A stretch of 64,000 nucleotides of DNA from Paraspadella gotoi (Eukaryota; Animalia; Chaetognatha). The translations under genes were made by a program, and so were the position numbers. Shown piece after piece: positions 12,218 through 22,600 of the stretch (position 1 is the stretch's first letter; each line of letters starts with the position of its first letter). The DNA is taken from assembly GCA_051294375.1 (NCBI GenBank), contig JBJCIZ010000028.1, positions 1,901,053 through 1,965,052 of the forward strand. The letters run 5' to 3'. The notes below the pieces were generated by a model that worked only from the letters and a program-made list of their open reading frames with translations, made no database searches and was not told the DNA's origin.

Positions 12218-13695
12218 TTTACAATTTAAATTATAAAGATTACTTTTTCGTCTAATTAGTTGTCATAGAATGTTTCATAGATTAAATTATGTTTAAGACT
12301 TTTTAATAGTGATAATATTCGATATTCGTGATAAATACTTTTAAAATTTATCTTTTCTCTATTATTTTAATCATTTAATTAATTTTAAGTAGAGATGCAA
12401 AACTTTTTTTTCATTTAACCAACTTTTTTTCATTCATCCGTCCAAATCGCAAACGGTATATAAGGCAAATAAAATATATTAATAATTCTTAAAATTTTAT
12501 GTGAATTCAAAAAAAATAATTTTTATGATACATAGTGATACGATACTTTAAAAGCTTCATGGCATTAACTATACTTAAAATCAGTGTTAATATTAGGAAA
12601 AATCGAAAATTTTCAAATTTAGTTCTCTTTGGAACACTAACGTTATTTATATATATTTATATTTAAACCTTGTTTCGCCTTTCGCCTTTAAAATTATCCA
12701 TTTTGACTGTAAAACTGTATAATGTTCGAATTTTCCGATTTAAATAAACAAACGACATTGTATTTAATACAAAGTGGCATTTTTGCTTCCAAAGCGATAG
12801 GGAGCTCATCTTAGCTTAACATAGCTCTGAAAACATTGGAAACGGTTAAAAATTTATAAATCTTAATTTAATCAGTTCATTCGGCCGATAAACTATAAGA
12901 AATTCAAAACATCTGGATGGAATTAAAGGTTTGATTAACATCAACTTATAAATAAGATGATGAAATTATAAAGTTATTGGGTTCAATAAGGATATGAAGC
13001 TGGCCTTTTTCAGCCTTGACTCCAACTCCAGCAAAAATGTTTTGTTAACTCGAGCTTCAATCCCATCAAAAACTTTGGGCTAGCTCCGGCTCCAATAAAA
13101 ATCTTGAGTCAGATTTATAGTTTTATTTTAAACTTGTTAGTTTTACACGCATTTCTTTTTTTACTTTATTCATTAACATTTTAAAAATATTTTATAAATC
13201 TAAATAAGTTTTATAATGAAAATTCGTAAGCTCAATGATTTTTGACGAGTTTAAAAATTTAATCAATCATTTATTAATAATAATTCCACCATTCAATAAT
13301 TTCAGTAAATCAATCAATTACCTTATGGTCCCAGGGCAATCTCTTCAAAAAATAAAAGTTGCCCTTTCTTTTATACAAAGACTAAATTTAATGGACCAAT
13401 GAGAAGAGAGATCTTCTCTAAAATTATTGAGAATTCAATCATTAACTACTATTGATAGAATTCGACCAATGAGAATAAAGATAATATAAAATCATTAAAA
13501 GTTGAGACTAAAACCACTTGACGTGATTCAGATATTCACGAAGAGAATTTGTTTAAATTAAAATCATTTCTAACAATAATAATAATAACCGATTAGAGTT
13601 AAATTTAAGATTAAAATTAAGTTTCGGGGATTAAAGAATCGGAAATTCGACGCTTTTCGAATATAGTGCCCCTCCTTCTCTCACCCTCTCGCCAG

Positions 13696-16600
13696 GCCGC
13701 GGCGCCGTTTTCCGATGCCGACTCGAGATGAACGCCGCTTGTGAAGAAGATCCGATCCTCAACGCCGAACCTCTTTCCTCTTCCTCCTCATCTTCCACCT
13801 CTTCCTCCTCCTCTTTCTCCGACGCTCAACTCCTCGGTTTCTCCCTCTTTTCTTCTTCCTCTTCCTCCTCCTCCTCCTCCTTCTTTGGCACCTGCGCGCC
13901 GCATTTCGCCTGGCGGACGAGAATCTGGAACCAGACGACAGGTGGCGGAAAATTAACGGAACGGGGGGGAGGGAAGGGGGGGCAGGTGTAAAAATGTAGT
14001 TGGGAGGTGCATCAGGAAAAAAAAAATTATAATTTGATTATTGGCTGGTGAATATGGCAATTGTAGAAGACGAAAATAATAATAATAATAATAATAATAA
14101 TAATTAATCAAATCAATCAATCAATTAATCAATCTAATCAACAAATCAATCTATCAATCAAATCAATCAATCCGATTCACTAATCAAATCAATCTAATCA
14201 ATTAAACCAGTTAAGTGATCTAATTTATAAATTTTCAATCACTCAATTAGTCAAATAATTCAATTATTCAATCAATCAATCATTCCAACCAATCATTCAA
14301 ACCAATCAAGCAATCAAATCATACCAGTTAACTAATCTAATTAATAAATTATTTGATCAATCAAATCAAATCAATCCAAACCAATCAATCAAAAAAAAAA
14401 CCTCCCCATCTCCAGCTCGATTCACTCCCGACTTTCGCCAAGAACCAATCGGCCGCTGCCTCCTCGCCACCCCTACGTCAGCCTCGCCCATCGAACTTAC
14501 CCCGACCAAAGAAGAGGAAGAAGCGACGCAGGACGGCGCCTATCCTTACCCTCGAGTGTTCGATCGCGGCGCCGCCGTGACGGCGTCCTCACGCTTCTCG
14601 CAGGAAAGGTACACGGGTTAGGACAACACCCGGTGCCTAGTGGTCATGAGCTGATGGGCTTACTCAGTGAGCCACCGGGTCACGACTGAAGGTGTCATGC
14701 TTATAGGCGGGTGAACTTTTGCAATGCCGACAACAGACTCGCCTAAACGCTCCCGGCGATCCATGTAAAGCCTGTTTCCCGACGGTGACAGGGCTGCAGA
14801 CAGTCNNNNNNNNNNNNNNNNNNNNNNNNNNNNNNNNNNNNNNNNNNNNNNNNNNNNNNNNNNNNNNNNNNNNNNNNNNNNNNNNNNNNNNNNNNNNNNN
14901 NNNNNNNNNNNNNNNNNNNNNNNNNNNNNNNNNNNNNNNNNNNNNNNNNNNNNNNNNNNNNNNNNNNNNNNNNNNNNNNNNNNNNNNNNNNNNNNNNNNN
15001 NNNNNNNNNNNNNNNNNNNNNNNNNNNNNNNNNNNNNNNNNNNNNNNNNNNNNNNNNNNNNNNNNNNNNNNNNNNNNNNNNNNNNNNNNNNNNNNNNNNN
15101 NNNNNNNNNNNNNNNNNNNNNNNNNNNNNNNNNNNNNNNNNNNNNNNNNNNNNNNNNNNNNNNNNNNNNNNNNNNNNNNNNNNNNNNNNNNNNNNNNNNN
15201 NNNNNNNNNNNNNNNNNNNNNNNNNNNNNNNNNNNNNNNNNNNNNNNNNNNNNNNNNNNNNNNNNNNNNNNNNNNNNNNNNNNNNNNNNNNNNNNNNNNN
15301 NNNNNNNNNNNNNNNNNNNNNNNNNNNNNNNNNNNNNNNNNNNNNNNNNNNNNNNNNNNNNNNNNNNNNNNNNNNNNNNNNNNNNNNNNNNNNNNNNNNN
15401 NNNNNNAATCAATCCGATTCACTAATCAAATCAATCTAATCAATTAAACCAGTTAAGTGATCTAATTTATAAATTTTCAATCACTCAATTAGTCAAATAA
15501 TTCAATTATTCAATCAATCAATCATTCCAACCAATCATTCAAACCAATCAAGCAATCAAATCATACCAGTTAACTAATCTAATTAATAAATTATTTGATC
15601 AATCAAATCAAATCAATCCAAACCAATCAATCAAAAAAAAAAACCTCCCCATCTCCAGCTCGATTCACTCCCGACTTTCGCCAAGAACCAATCGGCCGCT
15701 GCCTCCTCGCCACCCCTACTTCAGCCTCACCCATCGAACTTACCCCGACCAAAGAAGAGGAGGAAGCGACGCAGGACGGCGCCTACCCTTACCCTCGAGT
15801 GTTCGATCGCGGCGCCGCCGTGACGGGACTGTCTGCAGCCCTGTCACCGTCGGGAAACAGGCTTTACATGGGATCGCCGGGAGCGTTTAGGCGAGTCTGT
15901 TGTCGGGCATTGCAAAAGTTCACCCCGCCTATAAGCATGACACCTTCAGTCGTGACCCGGTGGCTCACTGAGTAAGCCCATCAGCTCATGACCACTAGGC
16001 ACCGGGTTCGATCCTAACCCGTGTACCTTTCCTGCGAGAAGCGTGAGGACGGCCATATATCCAACCTTGGGGGCGTAAAACCCTCAAACCTGGTTCCAAG
16101 CCCAGGACCCGTTCCATGGCTGCGAGAGGGGTTAAAAAAGTTCGGATAGCACTCTTCAGCCACTTAGCGCCTTATAAAATTATTGGATTGAATTATCAAT
16201 CAATTATATTATTAAATTATTAATCAATTGATTGATCGATCAATTGATTGACATAGTCAATCGATTGTAAAACGTTATTGCCTAGGGGGAGACTAACTCA
16301 GTAAAGTGGTTAGAATTTGAATTAAGACTGATCAAACGAAATTTAGACATTAAAAAAAATTGAATAGACAATTTTTTATTACTCCATACTCATATATTAA
16401 TTTTTTAATATTTATTTATAAATAGGAAAGGCTAAAAATTTTTTGGATTTTTTATTTTAAGTCAGATCAGGTAGCTTGCAAAAAGTTGTCTACACAAAGT
16501 ATAATTCTTTTTTCGATATTTTGATCATAAGTATGTGAAAAATATGAAAAACTATTTATAATCATCATCATCATCATTTTTCGATAATTTTATTACTTTT

Positions 16601-19600
16601 TTTCTATTTTGACCAAAGAAAACATAAATATTTTCGAAAGTTGTAGTTAAATTTTTTATTTAACTTTTTATGCTCTATCAGAATCCATCAAAAAAAGTTA
16701 AGATTGATTAAAAAAATTGTTTATCATTATATAGTAATATTGTAATTTAATAGCAACAATAAAAGCATTAAAATCGAACTTTTTTAAAAATTCTTTTTTT
16801 ACCTAAAAGTAGACTTCAAAACTAAAGTTTTGAACCCCGCCCTATTGAATTTAATTTCATAGTAGATTTCTATTATTGCAATTACATTTACATTTACCCC
16901 TGAAATTGCACAATTTTTGAATTATTGATCTATTTTTTCTAACATCGCTCTTCCACACACAACCCTTCCCCCCCTTCCACACAAAAAAAAGATTCCGCGG
17001 TCAACTCGACATTCAGTCGATGACCGATTCCGGCTTCCGTTCCGTCATCCCACGCGGCCTTCGACGACTCGAGAAGCGATTCCGGACGAGCATCTTCAGC
17101 AACGCCTACGGATACTTGGGATATTCGGTGGCTGCCGCCGCGGCTGCGACGGTTCCTGCGGCGTCGGGAGCGGCGGCGGCTGGGACGGCTCCTGCGGCGT
17201 CGGGAGCTGCTGTCGCGGCGGCGGTGAAGTCAGGAGAGGAAATAGTCGTTTTGGGTGAGGACTGATGACGGTTGTTTCTTTTGTTTCTTGGTTTCTAAGT
17301 TTGTATAATAATTTGTATAATAATTCATGGAAATTTGAAACCTGAAATCAATACATTACAAGTTGTTTTAGGATTAATTAAAATGACAAATCAAGTTTTA
17401 TCATCAAAACTATAAATTATCAATACGAAGATAAAACGAACATGATCCCGTCATTGACATGCAATAAATAAACAAAAGCACCAAAAAATAAATAAAACCA
17501 AATACTAAAAAATAAAGAAAACGTAAATGAAATTTAGCAATTTTATATTTTTTCAAGCAGATGCAAAAGTGGTATTCCAGCCATTGCAACTCGAATCATT
17601 AGTTTCCTTTTCTAAACTTTCTACATCAAATGCGTTTTTGTAAAACTCGAGTTTCAAAATGACATCAGCATCCTTCAAAGTTTGTCCCTTGTGCCACACT
17701 TCAAGATCCTTATAATCAATGGCTCTAATTCCAAAATCCTTCAAACGCTCAATGAACGCTTTCTTCAAATCGCCAACGTTGCTTTTGACGCTAAACTCCC
17801 AAAGATATTTCCATCCAGCGTCCTTGGTAGGAAGCGAAGCCGACTGAATCAAAGCCTCCATTTTTGCAATTTCCACTGTGCTGCCTTCCAAAACCGGAAT
17901 GCCCTGGTTCACCTGCTTGTCATTTTTTCCCTCTGATTTTGGTTTCGATCGCTTATCCAAAAGATTTTCTCCCCTGAAATTCTTGGCCAAGATATTTTCT
18001 ATCGAAACCCCAGGCCAATAAGCTCGCAAGTCCTGCCAAATCTTCTTCACCACGTCACTACCGTTTATCTTAAGATTGGGCTCGTCTTGTTCAAAAGTCA
18101 GGGTATTTGGGGCCATGCTCAGGCGTAACGTTTCAGGGTGAAAGTAGAAAAGTTTGATGTATACAGAGCTGGAACTGGATAGTGTTCTTATGGTGCCTTG
18201 CCTCAGACCTGTTTCCTGAGCTTGGGTCTCTAGTTTAACGTACTTGCAAGTATAAGTCTTGGTCATATGTACCTGGATTGACTGTTTTTTCATAAATAAG
18301 TAAAGAGTGAAGATAAAAATAAGGAAAAAGTTGCATGAAAAAATCGTAAAACGTTTCTTCCGTCGGGGAAGTGGAATCAAAAATCTTCAGCATGAGATTC
18401 GGCTGTTCTTTGGCGTGAACGATAACGTTTCGAACGAATCTTATAAGGTCCGAGTATTTAGTAATTTTGTATCCTCTACCATGACAACCAAATTTGTCGA
18501 GCAACTCCTGACTGAAGTGGACATTCCAAGCTCCCGTTCCACCAATGACCAAGCTAGAATTCAGTTCCAACAGCTCAATGCCAATCTGTTTTTTCTGTTC
18601 TTTGGGAGACATTTGACTCCAAAGATTGAGGGTCTGACTCAGTTGTTGTATCTTGAATATGCGGTTGCTGAGAGTTGAAAAGGCTGGACACTCGAGTGCA
18701 TTAGATGCAGGTAATCCTTGACGAAGCGAAGAGACTAAAACATCAAACTCAATTGTCTGTGTTGTCCTCATTTCACTTATTAATATCGATACGTCATAAA
18801 GATCCTTCAACTCATAGCATTCGTCTCTGAAGCCAACTGATTCTGAATTTAAAAAGTTTCCTACCTTAAGGATCCAGCCGGAAGGTTTTTCGATTAAGTA
18901 GATAGAATCCAAGCATAACCCGAGATGATAAACGTGTGGCGACTGTAAATGTAAATAGTATACTGCATTGATAAGTTGCCAGCAAAGATCATCTTCATTG
19001 AGTGTGATTTGGTTCTTTTTAGACATAATCAATACTTCTCTGAGGCTGCAATGCGGAGTCTCAATAAATAAGAAGCCTGTTAGGAATCGTTTCAAATTAA
19101 TTTCCGACCCAAATCCGTGAAGTAAAATAATGTTTGGATGATTCAACTTTTGATGCAGCGTCGATTTTAACTCAAATTTTTTTCTTGCTTGAAAACTTTT
19201 TAAAAAGACTTTTTGGTAGGCACGATACTTTTTTTTAAGCCTGATGAGATTAATTGAATGCGCAAGTTTCATCAAAGCAAAGAGTAGGGTTAGCGCTAAG
19301 AAAGAATATGGAATGTACTCTTCTTCTATGAGACATTCTTCATAGATTGAATCTCTTGATATGTTTCCATAGCAATCATATCCAAATACATTCATGTATT
19401 TTTTTGCATACTCCATCAAATTAACATTACTGCAATTAAAACAATCCCATCTATTATTGTCAGCCTTAAAAGTAGTGTGTTTCATATTCTTTATTTTTTC
19501 TGGCATTTCCTCCAACTCATTGTGACTTATGTCGAGGGTATCAATCAGTGAACCATTAAAGATTGTAGCGGATGAAGGTAATCTTTTCAACCGATTGTGA

Positions 19601-22600
19601 GATATATTTATGATCCCATACCGCTCAAATCCAATGAGTTTAATATTTCCTACTGATTCCAAGAAGTTGTAGCTAAGATCAATTTTTAAAAATTGACTTC
19701 CTGCATCGTTTTTAGATGAGATGGAAAAAGATTGAATGTAGCAATTTTTAGCTGAAATTGATTGAAACATATCAGAAATCCTCTGATTTAAAAGCAACGA
19801 AAATGTTTTAATCCTGTTCCCACTGAGGTTAATAATACTTATCTTGCTGTCAATAAACGCATTTGAATTTATAGTTAGAATTTCATTGTTTGAAAGGTCT
19901 AGCAATTTTGCTGTTAAGTCTGGAAACTGCCTGAAGCATATTTTTCTTAATCCGTTTCCACTCAGGTCTATGAGAGCGTCATTGCCTACATTTTTTAAAC
20001 GTAAACTGCCAATGGTCGTGCCCCAATATTTATGGTTCCAACGAGCGATAAACTTATTTGTTTTTAGGTACAAATATCCACCAAACAATCTTTCGCAACA
20101 TCCCAACATTCTGATTTGTCTCATTTCGCGATTTGTGGAGAAGAGAGTCTGAAGTTTAAATGTTGTTTCATCAATATAAATTTTAGAGCGGTTGAAACAC
20201 TGAGGAATGTCACTTGCTTTTGTTGAATGGTCAGAACAGCATCCAAAGCTGATATCAGTTATCTGAGCATGTTTAAATGAATAACCATGGATTCGTTTTA
20301 GTGGATTATACAGAATAGATATTTTTTCGAGCCCCGTGAGCTTCTTCATCAAGCCAATCGGTAATGTTGGAAAAGAATTGTTGTCTAAAATTAAAATGTT
20401 GAGAGATCTCATTAGCGGCAATTTCAAATTGGAAAGACTGTTTCCTTCAAGATTTAAATATTGCAGATCGGAAACGTTTAGAAAGGCAGACTCATTGATT
20501 TGGCTTAATTCATTGAAACTCAGGTTCAACATTTTGATTTTTGTTAAATGAGAAAAGGAATCAATTTTTACCAAATGGTTTAAACTTAGATCCAAATAAG
20601 TCAATTTTCCCAACCCTATGAAAGTCTCTCCATTGAGTTCAGTCAGTTGATTTTGTCTTAAACTTAACGATCTCAAGGATCGAGAATTTCTGAATGCTCC
20701 CGATTCCACGAAGGTGAGACCGAGATTCTCCATTCTGATCGTCTCGAGACAAAAGAGGTGAGACACTAGCCGTTCAGATATTCCTTTTAAATGACCATTA
20801 CTGAGTCTGACCCCCTGTAAGTTTGGCATGTTGAAAAAGAATGTTTCATTGATGGAAGCAATGCCTTTCACAAGTATCCTCTTAAGCTTTTCGTGCGAAC
20901 CGGTGAGATGGGAAAGATTAACAGGTTCATGACAAACTAGTTGAAGGTTTTTTAAGTTGGCAAAAAAAGGAAACTCTTCGAGTCTGATTTCAAAACTTTC
21001 GTCAAGTTCCAGATTCAAACTTTGAATGTGTACTAAGTCAGGGAGAAAGTCCAATGTCTTAAGGCGGTTTCCCCAAAGAAACAAACTTGACAGTTTCTTG
21101 ATTCCTTCAAAAGCATCGGCTGGCAACCAAGAGAGCAAGTTTTGACGCAGGTCAAGAACGTTCAAAGTGGTCAAATTTTGAAAATGCGTCGTTATTTGAG
21201 ATATTTTATTGATATTCAAATCTACGTATCTGAGTTGCGACTTTTTAAATGCGTTTGTACCGATTGAAGATATGGAATTATTAAAAATTATAAGCTTTTG
21301 CAATTTTGGGAAGTCGGTGAGAAAATCGGAGCTCATTCTTTGAATTCCAACTCCGTAAAAACTCACGTCCGATCTGACGGTAAAGTTGTGAGGCTGGAAA
21401 CAGTTTTTGAGTTTGGGGCATTTATCATAGTCAGTGGTGATATTGGCCATGAGGTCGTTGTCGAGCGCCACACAACCGGCCAACGGTTTCTGTCCTTCCG
21501 TTCCGACCCAGCGACAATAAAAAGTGTCGTATCTTGAGCGGCGATGAATGTTTCGCTGATGCAAACAAGTCATTTGACACTTTTCCGTGGCCAATGCCAA
21601 GCAAATGTCGAGCAATAGGCACGCAAAGTACCATTTGTGATACCGTTTTATTATCATTTTTTTTGGCCGTTTATTTTTTTTGCAGTCAAAAAGTATCGAA
21701 AAAGTGAAAAGGAAAAAAAAAAAAAAAAAAAACATGCATGCAAAGGTGGAGTGATTTTTCTAATTTCTAATAGAATCAAAATCAAAACATAAATCTTGTA
21801 TATTAATGAAAAGTTTTTCGTAAAAAAGATTTTTAAATCTTTGCAGTTTTAATCATAGAGTTGTATTTAAATAAGGCATACTGTAATAAAATCGAAAGTT
21901 TGACCTTTTAATATTTTTTCTGGGATGTTCGAATTCCTTGTAAAAGTTAAAATAAAAAACTGTTATTCTTTATTGAAATCATTAAGTTAGTTAAATATAG
22001 AAAAAACTAAAATTTTATGGTGAAAATGAATTTTAATCATAATTTGGAAGTTTTATAATTTTTGACCCGCCTAATGAACGATTTTTTTTCTCCTGAAAAC
22101 AACTTTTTATGACGAATCTGTCAAAGAAATTTAAAGAATTAATCTTTAAATTTTGACTATTTTATGTTTAGAAATTTATAATAAAACAGCTGAAAGTTTA
22201 AGCTGATTTAAATTTGTTTAGATAAAAGCATATTGTTTATGATTTCTATTTTGATGTTTATTATACACTGCTCTCTTATGCGGGCGACAAAGGAAAAAAA
22301 AATCACTAAAAAGTCGAGGCTCTGTCGAAAAAAAAAAAACAACAAAAACAATCAAGAGAGATTACGCCGCGATAATAAAATGAGAGAAATAACTTTTTAG
22401 TCATCAAAATGTTTGATACTTTTCAAATTTCGGTTAGAGATTTCGTCAATGAAAATTCGATGTGGAAGGAACCAAGCAAGTTTTATTTTCACGAAGAATT
22501 TTTGATCTGTGATGCATTTTTACATTAGTTTATAGTTACAGTAGATAGTTTATGGTGACAATAGATTATTTCAGAAAAAAAAAACAAGAAAGCTCGTGCA

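Noticed and set aside
14806-15406. ORFs spanning N runs (also at 53.7, 56.1, 58.6, 59.3 and 59.9 kb)
   Set aside because: They are open only because the bases are undetermined.
14160-16052. Duplicated integrin exon as mutually exclusive splicing or an invertible switch
   Set aside because: The copies are near-identical, flank an N gap, and the first is truncated by an inversion, which is typical of scaffolding or chimeric-read artefacts.
16140-16165. Hammerhead core CTGAAGAG in the SINE tail (minus strand)
   Set aside because: There is no stem II or GAAA, and the motif is not conserved in the other copies.
18235-18380. Programmed ribosomal frameshift or bicistronic overlapping ORFs
   Set aside because: The paralogue is in frame at the same junction, there is no obvious slippery heptamer, and the assembly is indel-prone. 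A simple 2-nt deletion is the more economical explanation.
18235-21735. Calling the large ORF a Toll-like receptor, IRE1 or RNase L orthologue
   Set aside because: It has no TIR domain, no IRE1 luminal domain and no ankyrin repeats, so no gene symbol is assigned.
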